From: Bacillota bacterium
GTDB lineage: Bacteria; Bacillota; Clostridia; Lachnospirales; Lachnospiraceae
Length of the DNA: 64,000 nucleotides
NCBI GenBank assembly: GCA_023392995.1
Contig: JAEWMZ010000249.1
Coordinates: 5,199 to 69,198 of the forward strand
Reading direction: 5' to 3'
Shown: positions 28,550-38,017 of the stretch, piece after piece
How positions within the stretch are numbered: the stretch's first letter is position 1
Layout of the letters: each line of letters begins with the position of its first letter
The notes under the pieces: generated by a model
The model's database searches: none
What the model was told of the DNA's origin: nothing
Seen by the model: the letters and a program-made list of their open reading frames with translations, nothing else
Position numbers and translations under genes: made by a program

Positions 28550-30073
28550 ATGAAAAAACAAAGAGTGTTACTAACCGGAGCCTCAGGCGGTATGGGGTCT
28601 CTCGGATTGAAGGAATTATTAAAAGATACGGATAAGCAGGATATTACTGTACTGGTTCTTGATACGGAGACAGACAGACAAAAAATGAAAGAATTTGAAA
28701 ATAAAAAAGGGCTTACCATCTATTGGGGTGATCTTACCAATTATAAGGACGTATATGAGTGTGTTAAAAATGTGGATATCGTTCTTCATGTTGCAGCGCT
28801 GGTATCTCCTGTCGCGGATTATAAACCCAAACTTGCCATGAAGATAAATTATGGATCCATGAAAAATATAATTGATGCCATCAAAGAGCAAGGAAGAATG
28901 GATGAAGTAAAAGTAGTATCCATCGGTACCATAGCAGAAACAGGGGATCGGATGCCGCCTATTCATTGGGGAAGAGTTGGAGATCCCTTAAAACCTAGTG
29001 TTTATGATTATTATGCCGTATCTAAAATAGCAGCAGAACGTCTCCTCATTGAATCGGGCCTAAAATATTGGGTCAGTCTAAGGCAGACCGGAATTATGGG
29101 ACCGGCAATGAGTAAGATAAGGGATGCTATTATGTTCCATAACTGCTTGGATAATGTGCTGGAATACGTATCTGATAGGGATTCGGGAATACTCCTTGGA
29201 AACCTTGCACGTTTTCATTACACCGGTGAGCTAGAAGAAGATTTCTGGGGACATATTTATAATATCGGTGGTGGAGAAAGCTGTAGGGTAGATACATTTA
29301 CCATGTATAAGGAATTGTATGGTGCTATCGGATTTAAGGATTTAAAATATGTCATTGAACCTAAGTGGTATGCAACGAGAAATTTTCACGGGCAGTTTTA
29401 TCTGGATTCGGATAAGCTGGAGAAACATCTGCATTTCAGACATGATTCCATGCAATATTTTTACGATGCTTATTTGGAAAATCTCGGATCAACTGTGACA
29501 GCTGCAAGGGTTATTTGTAAACTACCCGGAGGGCAGAAACTCATGGGAAGTATCATGAAAAAGATGTTTATAAAGGATGCCAGAACGGAGCACGGTACCG
29601 TCCGTTTTATCGAGCAGAATATGGAGGACCACATTGAAGCCTATTGGGGAAGTAAAAGGGCGTGGGAAGAAATTCCAGAAAATATCAATGATTTTAAACA
29701 TTTTAAAAACTGGGATAAGGTAGTGCATATTGACCATGGTTACGATGAATCAAAGCCGGAAGACGAACTTGATATAGAGGACGTAAAAGATGCTGCTAAA
29801 TTCCGGGGAGGTGAATGTAAATCTACAACGATGAAAAAGGGTGACTGGAAGGGAAAACTTAAATTTAAGTGTGCCTTTGGACATGAATTTGAAGCGAGTC
29901 CCCGCCTTATTTTAGAAGGAGGGCACTGGTGCCCGGAATGCGAACGTAAGAGTTGGAATTATTCCGCCAGAGCAAAGGTTGATCCTTTCTTTGCACAGGT
30001 ATGGAATCCTCTTCATGATAAGAATGAAAAAGGACGCGAGTATAAGAAAGAGGTTACAGAACTAGAACTATAG
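28550..30073 (+). CDS. Extended SDR with a C-terminal zinc-ribbon-like domain
   Basis: TGASGGMG, HVAA, YAVSK; C-terminal CAFGH...WCPEC. Confidence 0.8.
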   Translation: MKKQRVLLTGASGGMGSLGLKELLKDTDKQDITVLVLDTETDRQKMKEFENKKGLTIYWGDLTNYKDVYECVKNVDIVLHVAALVSPVADYKPKLAMKINYGSMKNIIDAIKEQGRMDEVKVVSIGTIAETGDRMPPIHWGRVGDPLKPSVYDYYAVSKIAAERLLIESGLKYWVSLRQTGIMGPAMSKIRDAIMFHNCLDNVLEYVSDRDSGILLGNLARFHYTGELEEDFWGHIYNIGGGESCRVDTFTMYKELYGAIGFKDLKYVIEPKWYATRNFHGQFYLDSDKLEKHLHFRHDSMQYFYDAYLENLGSTVTAARVICKLPGGQKLMGSIMKKMFIKDARTEHGTVRFIEQNMEDHIEAYWGSKRAWEEIPENINDFKHFKNWDKVVHIDHGYDESKPEDELDIEDVKDAAKFRGGECKSTTMKKGDWKGKLKFKCAFGHEFEASPRLILEGGHWCPECERKSWNYSARAKVDPFFAQVWNPLHDKNEKGREYKKEVTELEL

Positions 30074-30214
30074 TTTCTGCAAGGTCATTATAGAGGTATT
30101 CAAAATAAAAGGTGCTTTTTATAGAATACCCTTATATTCTTAATAGATTTTCCAACTGCATGGTGGATAGGTATTTTCGGAGAACAACAGGCTATCCCCT
30201 AGCAGGAGGATAGG

Positions 30215-30246
30215 AAAGAACAGCTTGAAAGAGAGCTGTTTTTTTT
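30215..30246 (+). terminator. Intrinsic terminator
   Basis: AACAGCT...AGCTGTT plus T-run. Confidence 0.7.
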
Positions 30247-30376
30247 ATGCATCGGGAGCTTTCGATAATGAAACATTAATCTTTGGACCTATGATAATTC
30301 AATTGGTAGGATATTCCTTTACAAAATGACAAATCAACAAGAATTGCACTATAACGATTAAAATCACAAAAAGGAG

Positions 30377-30416
30377 CACAAATTTACAATACTTAGCGAA
30401 CTTATAACCTTATCAT
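30377..30416 (+). promoter_or_regulatory. Putative AraC-activated promoter
   Basis: CACAAATTTACAATA (30377-30391), 19 bp, then TATCAT (30411-30416). Confidence 0.55.
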
Positions 30417-30450
30417 TAGAGAAACAAGTTTTTAAAGAAAGGAAATTGAT

Positions 30451-33183
30451 ATGAATCTAGATAAGTTAAGAATTGAATATCAAAAAAACCCCATCGGAAT
30501 TGACTGCAGCAACCCTAAATTTTCATGGCAGATCATTTCTGAAAAGAAAAATATAATGCAAACAGCATATCGAATTGTTGTGAATGACCCATATGGTATT
30601 GTATGGGATACTGGAAAAATAGATGAGGATACCTCTATACATATCAGATATGAAGGGGCTCCACTAAAAGCAACAACAAAATATACAGTAGTGGTAGAGG
30701 TATGGGATAATACAGGGGATACGGATCGTATCGAAGGTTATTTTGAAACAGGTCTGCTTGGAGGAAGTAATTTTAAGGCAGATTGGATAACACATACTCT
30801 TGAGGAGACCGAAGCATGCCCTGTTTTTGTGAAAGAATTTAAAATTACGAAACAGGTTGAAAAGGCTAGAATATACGCATCTTCCCTGGGTATTTATGAA
30901 CTGGAGTTAAACGGGATACGTGTGGGTGATGATTTGTTTACACCTGGCTGGACCAGCTATCATAACCGACTGCAGTATCAGACCTATGACATAACTGAGT
31001 TGCTCCAAGGTAAAAACATCCTAAGTATGACAGTAGCGAATGGTTGGTATAAAGGTGTTTTTGGGTTTGCAGGTAAGAATAACAACTATGGGGACCGACT
31101 GGCTGCAATAGCAGAAGTTAGAGTGACATACGCAGATGGGTCAGAAGAGGCGATTATGACGGATACCTCCTGGAGCTGTACGACAGGTATAATCCGTAGT
31201 AGCGAAATCTACAATGGAGAAGTGGTGGATGCTAACTATATTGATGCTGATTTTAAGCCTGTGGAGACCTATGATTATAAAAAGGAGCTGCTTGTTAGTC
31301 AGGAAAATACCCCGGTAAGAATAACCACCAGGTTTAAACCGATTCATATCTTTAAAACACCAAAGAATGAGATGGTATTGGACTTTGGACAGAATATGTC
31401 AGGCTTTGTTGAAATAAAACTGAACTGTCAAAAAGGAACTAAGGTTATCTTAAAGCACGCCGAAGTATTGGACAAGGAAGGCAATTTCTATACGGAGAAC
31501 TTAAGATCCGCAAAAGCTACAGATCAATATATTTGTAAAGGGGGAGAAGAAACATATCATCCTCACTTTACCTTCCATGGCTTCCGATACCTCTGTGTAG
31601 AGGGCTTGGGAGAAGAAATAAATCCTGAGAATTTCACCGCCTGCGCTGTTCATACCGACATGGAGCAGACAGGTTCCTTTGAATGCTCCAACCCCTGGAT
31701 TAACAGACTTCAAAAGAATATCGAATGGGGACAGCGTAGTAACTTTCTGGATATTCCTACGGATTGTCCACAACGTGACGAACGGTTAGGCTGGACTGGA
31801 GATGCACAGGTTTTTGCCAGAACGGCGGCATTTAATATGAACGTTGCTCTATTCTTTACCAAATGGCTGAAGGATCTGAAGGCTGATCAATCAATGGAGT
31901 TTGGTGTACCCTCGGTAGTTCCGAATATCCTGGGAAATCAACCGGGTGCAGCTGCCTGGGGTGATGCAGCGACTATCATTCCATGGACGATGTATCTGGT
32001 GTATGGAGATAAGACGATATTAGAAGAGCAATACGCAAGTATGAGAGACTGGGTAGAATATATTCATTCTGTCTCAGAACGGGGACTTTTATGGCAGGTA
32101 GGCTTCCAATATGCAGATTGGCTGGCACTTGATAAGGAAGAGATGAGTGACAGGGTTGGAGCAACCGATAAGTACTTTGTAGCAAGCGCTTTTTATGCAT
32201 TCTCAACTGAAATTTTATATCGTTCTGCAGAAATATTAGGCTACCAAGAAGATTATAAAAAGTATTCTGAGCTTTATCTGAATATTGTGGAAGCCTTTAA
32301 TGAAGAATACATTACAAAAACCGGACGTCTGGTAAGTGAAACACAGACTGGTTGCGTACTTGCGCTACATTTTAAACTTGCAAAAGAGGAATATAGAAAT
32401 AGAATTATTCATTCCTTGGAAAATAATCTTTTGGCACATAAAAATCATTTGGTAACAGGTTTTGTTGGAACGCCATATCTGAGCCATGTTCTCTCGGAAA
32501 ATGGACTTCATGAAATAGCAGGTAAGCTTCTCTTGCAAGAGGATTATCCATCCTGGCTTTATGCGGTGAAAAGAGGGGCGACCACCATCTGGGAGAGATG
32601 GAATTCCATGCTGCCGGACGGTAGTTTCGATGAATCAGGAATGAACTCCTTCAACCATTATGCTTATGGTGCTATTGGAGACTGGCTATATCAGAAGGTA
32701 GCAGGTATTCAACTTTTGGAACCAGGTTATAAAAGGATCAGGATAGCACCGGCCTTTGTGAAGGGCTTGACTTATGCGAAGGCTGTTTATGAATCAATCT
32801 ATGGAACCATTGTTTCCTCCTGGGTATGTGAGAATGGAAAAATAACGATTGATGTAACTATCCCTGCCAACACTACCGCAATTCTTGAACTTCCAGAGAA
32901 AGGGGAGAGCATTGAGCTTGGTTCAGGGAGTTATCATTACGAATATGAAACTACTACGAATCTTAAAATCAATAAATATTCCTTGGAATCTACACTGGGG
33001 CAGATATTAGAACAACCCCTGGCAGTTGAAATGCTGGAGCAATTTGCACCGGGAACCACAACCAATCCAATGATTAAATTTGCCTATGGTCAAACAATTG
33101 CTGAGCTAACGGCTATGATGCCAGCAGGCGGGGATCAGATGTTCCTTGCTGTGATTGATGCTTTAAATAAAGCAGAAGAGTAG
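30451..33183 (+). CDS. GH78 alpha-L-rhamnosidase with a C-terminal helical tail
   Basis: DFGQN, FTFHGFRY, PTDCPQRDERLGWTGD, GATTIWERW, SFNHY. Confidence 0.95.
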   Translation: MNLDKLRIEYQKNPIGIDCSNPKFSWQIISEKKNIMQTAYRIVVNDPYGIVWDTGKIDEDTSIHIRYEGAPLKATTKYTVVVEVWDNTGDTDRIEGYFETGLLGGSNFKADWITHTLEETEACPVFVKEFKITKQVEKARIYASSLGIYELELNGIRVGDDLFTPGWTSYHNRLQYQTYDITELLQGKNILSMTVANGWYKGVFGFAGKNNNYGDRLAAIAEVRVTYADGSEEAIMTDTSWSCTTGIIRSSEIYNGEVVDANYIDADFKPVETYDYKKELLVSQENTPVRITTRFKPIHIFKTPKNEMVLDFGQNMSGFVEIKLNCQKGTKVILKHAEVLDKEGNFYTENLRSAKATDQYICKGGEETYHPHFTFHGFRYLCVEGLGEEINPENFTACAVHTDMEQTGSFECSNPWINRLQKNIEWGQRSNFLDIPTDCPQRDERLGWTGDAQVFARTAAFNMNVALFFTKWLKDLKADQSMEFGVPSVVPNILGNQPGAAAWGDAATIIPWTMYLVYGDKTILEEQYASMRDWVEYIHSVSERGLLWQVGFQYADWLALDKEEMSDRVGATDKYFVASAFYAFSTEILYRSAEILGYQEDYKKYSELYLNIVEAFNEEYITKTGRLVSETQTGCVLALHFKLAKEEYRNRIIHSLENNLLAHKNHLVTGFVGTPYLSHVLSENGLHEIAGKLLLQEDYPSWLYAVKRGATTIWERWNSMLPDGSFDESGMNSFNHYAYGAIGDWLYQKVAGIQLLEPGYKRIRIAPAFVKGLTYAKAVYESIYGTIVSSWVCENGKITIDVTIPANTTAILELPEKGESIELGSGSYHYEYETTTNLKINKYSLESTLGQILEQPLAVEMLEQFAPGTTTNPMIKFAYGQTIAELTAMMPAGGDQMFLAVIDALNKAEE

Positions 33184-33189
33184 GCTGGT
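32854..33189 (+). repeat. 336-bp direct repeat, copy 1 (3' end of GH78)
   Basis: Matches 34392-34727 with about 8 substitutions counted by eye. Confidence 0.95.
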
Positions 33190-33415
33190 ATTTTAGATAG
33201 AATAAAGAAAGCGACTAAAATCTGAATTTGTTGATTTGGGAATTCCTTGTTACACCGTTCCTTTCTATGTGAGTTTCTGATTAGGATTGAAAGTTGTAGT
33301 GAATCTGCTAACTTCAAATTATTTTAATTAACAAACATTAGTATTAGCGAATGATTTAATGAATCTAGTTGTAGTAAGTAGAATGTAGAAAATAGTATGA
33401 AAAAAGGAAGAAAAT

Positions 33416-34366
33416 ATGAAGCATTTTGTGGTAAAGAATACCCAGAAGTACTTTAACGTTGCATATTCTTTTGATAACCTGCCCGAACGCCGAGAGAAGT
33501 ATAACTCTTATGACGTTGTGTGGGATGTACATTTTGCAAATGAATATCCTAATAGTTATTTAGATATATACTATGCAAAAAGTGATAATAAGGCATCTTG
33601 CCCAGTGATTTTCTATATCCATGGAGGAGGATACACTTGGGGAGATAGGAGAAGTGGTGATCCTGCAGGTTTGCCGGATGCAAGTTTCTGGTTTTATGAA
33701 GAGTTCCTTAAGGATGGGTATAATGTTGTTTGTGTAGATTATGCATATGCACCTGAGTTTAACTATCCCACACCTATTATTCAAATCGGTCAGGCTATAA
33801 AATTTCTATTGAATCGTGCTGATGAATACGAATTGAATATGGAATGTTTAATTATTGGTGGAGGTAGTGCGGGTGGACAGTTAGCTGGACAGTTTGTAAA
33901 TATCCAGACAAATAGAAAATATTCAAATGAAATTGGAATAAATTCAGTTATAGATGCGATGTCTATTAAAGCAGTAATATTTAACTCTGCACTTCTTGAT
34001 ATGGAATGTTTTAGTAATGTAAATACAAGGATGAATGCATTTATATTCAAAAAATGTGAGCAAGCATATTTTAATACCAAAAAGTTAAAGAATCATCCGC
34101 AAGTATATCAAGCAAAGGTGACAGAGCATGTTTCAGAATTATTTCCCCCAAGTTACATATCTGATGGCAATACTGGTACTTTTAACAATCAAGCTTTTGA
34201 ACTAAATGATAAACTTGAAAAATTTGGCATCAAACACCATTTAACTTTCTATGGATTAGAGCATGGTATTATTCCGCATGGATTTGAAGGCGCAAACAAT
34301 GAATTGGGACGTGAAAATATGAGATTGCAATTGAAATTTTTAGATGAGATTCTTAATGAAAAATAG
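33416..34366 (+). CDS. Alpha/beta hydrolase (HSL-like esterase)
   Basis: HGGGY, GGSAGG, PHGF. Confidence 0.85.
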   Translation: MKHFVVKNTQKYFNVAYSFDNLPERREKYNSYDVVWDVHFANEYPNSYLDIYYAKSDNKASCPVIFYIHGGGYTWGDRRSGDPAGLPDASFWFYEEFLKDGYNVVCVDYAYAPEFNYPTPIIQIGQAIKFLLNRADEYELNMECLIIGGGSAGGQLAGQFVNIQTNRKYSNEIGINSVIDAMSIKAVIFNSALLDMECFSNVNTRMNAFIFKKCEQAYFNTKKLKNHPQVYQAKVTEHVSELFPPSYISDGNTGTFNNQAFELNDKLEKFGIKHHLTFYGLEHGIIPHGFEGANNELGRENMRLQLKFLDEILNEK

Positions 34367-34391
34367 TAAATTTTAGTTGAAGGGATAATAA

Positions 34392-34727
34392 GTAACTATC
34401 CCTGCCAACACTACCGCAATTCTTGAACTTCCAGAGACAGGGGAGAGCATTGAGGTTGGTTCAGGGAGTTATCATTACGAATATGAAACTACTACGAATC
34501 TTAAAATTAATAAATATTCCTTGGAATCTACACTGGGGCAGATTTTAGAACAACCCCTGGCAGTTGAAATGCTGGAGCACTTTGCACCGGGGACCACAAC
34601 CAATCCAATGATTAAATTTGCCTATGGTCAAACAATTGCTGAGCTAACGGCTATGATGCCAGCAGGCGGGGATCAGATGTTCCTTGCCGTAATTGATGCT
34701 TTAAATAAAGCAGAAGAGTAGGCTGGT
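34392..34727 (+). repeat. 336-bp direct repeat, copy 2 (orphan GH78 3' end)
   Basis: Offset 1538 bp from copy 1; encodes ...LESTLGQILEQPLAVEML...ALNKAEE*. Confidence 0.95.
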
Positions 34728-34738
34728 GTTTCAGATGT

Positions 34739-35182
34739 ATCATAGTTACTATCATTTCCTTTGCACTAGTGTATCCGGTTAATTGGCAAAGTAGCGGTAT
34801 TATTGTTTATTTAATTCTATCCGTTATAAATAACTTCTTCAATGGACTCTCTTCACCTGCCCAGAGCACTTTAATGCCCGGCGTAATAGATTATTGTGAG
34901 TGGAAAACAGGGATAAATGTTGGAGCGTTTATGAGCTCTATCAACACCTTTGTTTCCACTGCGGCTACCGCATTAGCCGGTATATTAGTAGGTGCCGTTC
35001 TTTCTATATCCGGTTATCAGCCGGATGTGGAGCAGACAAAAGCCTCACTCGCCGGAATTCGGTTTTTGATGAGCATAGGGCCAGCGATCGCCAGCATATT
35101 GTCATTAGCTGTCATTGGTTTCGATAATATGGAGAGTGAGCATGAGATGGTAGCGAAGGAATTGGTTAACAGATTGAGGTAA
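34739..35182 (+). pseudogene. C-terminal third of a GPH MFS transporter, paralog of 21764-23167
   Basis: Shares INNFFNGLSSPAQSTLMPGVIDYCEWKTG; N-terminal two thirds and RBS missing. Confidence 0.9.
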
Positions 35183-35279
35183 ATTATATAATTTCTTGAT
35201 AGAGGAATTGGTTATAGCTTGTATTTAGCATCAGGTCATAATGTTGCAGAAGGATATATACAGGATGAAATAGTGAGTA

Positions 35280-35340
35280 GACTATTTTGCAATAAAAATA
35301 TACAAAATTGCAATACGCTTAAGCGATGGCATTATAAAAT
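35280..35340 (+). promoter_or_regulatory. Putative AraC-activated promoter with tandem half-sites
   Basis: GACTATTTTGCAATA (ends 35294) and TACAAAATTGCAATA (ends 35315), 19 bp, then TAAAAT (35335-35340). Confidence 0.6.
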
Positions 35341-35465
35341 AGAGAATAAAAGGTTTATTGAAACTCAAAAGTGAAAAGGCAGTTTAAAAATAGTATTAAT
35401 ACAGGTAAGAATGATACTGGGAGTAGTATCCAGTGCATTGCCTTGGTTTAAAGTGAGGAGGAATT

Positions 35466-35568
35466 ATGGGATTTAGATTCGCACTGGGAGTCGATGGCAT
35501 TCTTTGAGGTAAATGATAAAAAAGCAGTTGAGAAACCTGTTATGAATATGCTTCGTAACTTATTTTAA
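35466..35568 (+). pseudogene. Internally deleted remnant of a GH53-like paralog (head fused to tail)
   Basis: GAGGAGG RBS + MGFRFALGV (cf. FRTALSV in 25211); overlapping +1 frame WESMAFFEVNDKKAVEKPVMNMLRNLF* (cf. WGSMSMFSYDNKEAAAKEIILQQLK*). Confidence 0.6.
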
Positions 35569-35698
35569 AATAACAACTCTATTTTACCATAAATCATTGA
35601 GGAGATATTTTGTTTTATAAAGAGAAAAAGGCCGTATTTATGCAGTTTGTGGCGTTTCGCAAACGCCTAAGAATATTATCCGTAAAAAGGAGAAAATT

Positions 35699-37990
35699 AT
35701 GGAAATGAAAAAAATAAAAGAGTTAATTAATCAGATGACACTGGAGGAAAAAGCAAGCCTGTGTTCAGGACATGATTTTTGGCACACAAAGGGCATCGAG
35801 CGTCTGGGTATCCCGTCGCTAATGGTAGCAGATGGTCCGCATGGACTTAGAAAGCAAGATGATGCAGGCGATCATCTTGGAATCAATGACAGCATTAAGG
35901 CGGTTTGTTTCCCCGCAGGGTGTGCAACAGCTTCCAGCTTTGATAGAGAATTGGTTGCCATGCTTGGAGAGACACTGGGAGAAGAATGTCAGGCAGAGAG
36001 GGTCAGCACGATTTTAGGACCAGCTATGAATATTAAGAGATCCCCATTATGTGGACGTAATTTTGAATATTATTCAGAGGATCCACTTGTATCAACAGAA
36101 ATGGCAGGTGCATTTGTCCGAGGTGTGCAGAGCAAAAATATTGGGACTAGCCCAAAGCATTTCATGGCAAATAATCAGGAGTATCATCGAATGACCAGTT
36201 CTTCTGAAATGGATGAACGAACAATGCGGGAAATCTATCTTGCATCCTTTGAGGGGATGGTTAAGAAGGAAAAACCATGGACAATCATGAATTCCTATAA
36301 TAAGCTGAATGGCACCTATCTTTGTGAACATAGAGAAATGCTTACAGATATTCTTCGTAAGGAATGGGGATTTGACGGTTATGTTATGACTGATTGGGGT
36401 GCAATGAATGAACGTGTGGAAGCACTGAAGGCGGGATGCAATTTGGAGATGCCATCCTGCGGCGGAGCCACAGATGCGGAAATTGTGGCTGCAGTGCAGA
36501 ATGGAACGCTGGATGAGTCTGTTCTGGATGCGTCCTGTGAGGAATTCTTGAATATTATTTACAGATATGTGGAAAATCATGATGATACTGCAGTATTTCA
36601 ACATGAGAGAGATCATGAAATTGCCCGTCTCATAGAGGAGGAGAGTATTGTTCTTTTGAAAAATGAAGAGGCAGTTCTTCCGTTATTACCGGAAAAAAAG
36701 GTTGCATTTATTGGAAAATATGCAAAAACGCCACGTTATCAGGGTGGGGGAAGCTCTCATATCAATAGCTTTAAGGTCGAATCAGCACTGGAAGCAGTGG
36801 GGGTAATAGAGAATGTTAACAAAGCAAATATCACCTTTGCACAGGGATTTAATGATGCAGAGGACAAAGTAGATGAGACGTTAATGGCAGAAGCGGTTGA
36901 AGCCGCCAAATGTGCTGAAATTGCAGTAATCTTTGCAGGGCTTCCGGATAATTTTGAATCCGAAGGCTACGATCGAAAACATATGCAAATGCCAAACTGC
37001 CAGAATCAGTTAATTGAAGCTGTGGCAGCAGTGCAGCCGAACATCGTTGTTGTACTACATAATGGTGCCCCTGTTGAGATGCCATGGATTGGCAAGGTAA
37101 AAGCAGTGCTGGAAGCATACCTTGGCGGTCAGGCGGTCGGCGCAGCTCTAGTTAATGTGTTATATGGAAATGTAAATCCCAGCGGTCATCTGGCAGAGAC
37201 ATTTCCACTTCGTTTACAGGACACACCATGTTATCTAAATTATGGCGGAGAACACGACAAATCTGTTTATTCCGAAGGCGTATTTGTAGGATACCGCTAT
37301 TATATATCAAAGGATAAGGAAGTATTGTTCCCATTTGGACATGGACTGTCTTACACAACATTTGATTATAGCAATCTTACAGTGGACAAAGAAAGCGTGA
37401 AAGAAAGCGAAAAACTGACGGTATCGGTTGATGTTACAAATACCGGTTCTCGTTCAGGAAAAGAGGTTGTTCAGCTTTATGTGGCAGCAGAGGGAGGCAC
37501 CATTATCCGTCCTGTGAGAGAGCTGAGAGGATTCGAGAAAATAGAACTTGCACCAGGGGAGACAAAGAGGGTGCAGTTTTTACTAGATAACCGATCCTAC
37601 GCATACTGGAGTACAGAGATTCATGATTGGTATGTGGAAAGTGGTGAATATGAGATTCAAATTGGAAGAAACGCACAGGAAATAGTGCTTTCCTGTTCCG
37701 TACAGGTTGTATCAGAAGTCAGTATTCCGAAGGTATTTACCCTCAATTCTACCATAGGAGAGATCATGGCAGATCCAAAAGGAAATGCGATTTTTGAGCA
37801 AGCGGTGGCATCGATGATGAGCGAAGATGCTCAGGCAATGGTAGAACAGCCTCAGGGTGATAATTCTGCTGTCAGCAATGAAATGATGGCGGCTACGATG
37901 GAAGCAATGCCAATCAGGCAGCTTATCAGTTTTGTGCCGGGTGTAACAAAAGAAGCATTGAATCAGTTGATTATGGCGCTAAATGTTTAA
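35699..37990 (+). CDS. GH3 beta-glucosidase with Fn3-like domain and C-terminal helical tail
   Basis: MTLEEKA, DGPHGLR, GRNFEYYSEDP, VMTDW, ESEGYDR, FPFGHGLSY. Confidence 0.95.
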   Translation: MEMKKIKELINQMTLEEKASLCSGHDFWHTKGIERLGIPSLMVADGPHGLRKQDDAGDHLGINDSIKAVCFPAGCATASSFDRELVAMLGETLGEECQAERVSTILGPAMNIKRSPLCGRNFEYYSEDPLVSTEMAGAFVRGVQSKNIGTSPKHFMANNQEYHRMTSSSEMDERTMREIYLASFEGMVKKEKPWTIMNSYNKLNGTYLCEHREMLTDILRKEWGFDGYVMTDWGAMNERVEALKAGCNLEMPSCGGATDAEIVAAVQNGTLDESVLDASCEEFLNIIYRYVENHDDTAVFQHERDHEIARLIEEESIVLLKNEEAVLPLLPEKKVAFIGKYAKTPRYQGGGSSHINSFKVESALEAVGVIENVNKANITFAQGFNDAEDKVDETLMAEAVEAAKCAEIAVIFAGLPDNFESEGYDRKHMQMPNCQNQLIEAVAAVQPNIVVVLHNGAPVEMPWIGKVKAVLEAYLGGQAVGAALVNVLYGNVNPSGHLAETFPLRLQDTPCYLNYGGEHDKSVYSEGVFVGYRYYISKDKEVLFPFGHGLSYTTFDYSNLTVDKESVKESEKLTVSVDVTNTGSRSGKEVVQLYVAAEGGTIIRPVRELRGFEKIELAPGETKRVQFLLDNRSYAYWSTEIHDWYVESGEYEIQIGRNAQEIVLSCSVQVVSEVSIPKVFTLNSTIGEIMADPKGNAIFEQAVASMMSEDAQAMVEQPQGDNSAVSNEMMAATMEAMPIRQLISFVPGVTKEALNQLIMALNV

Positions 37991-38017
37991 ACAACACTAA
38001 GAATGGAGGTTTTTATT

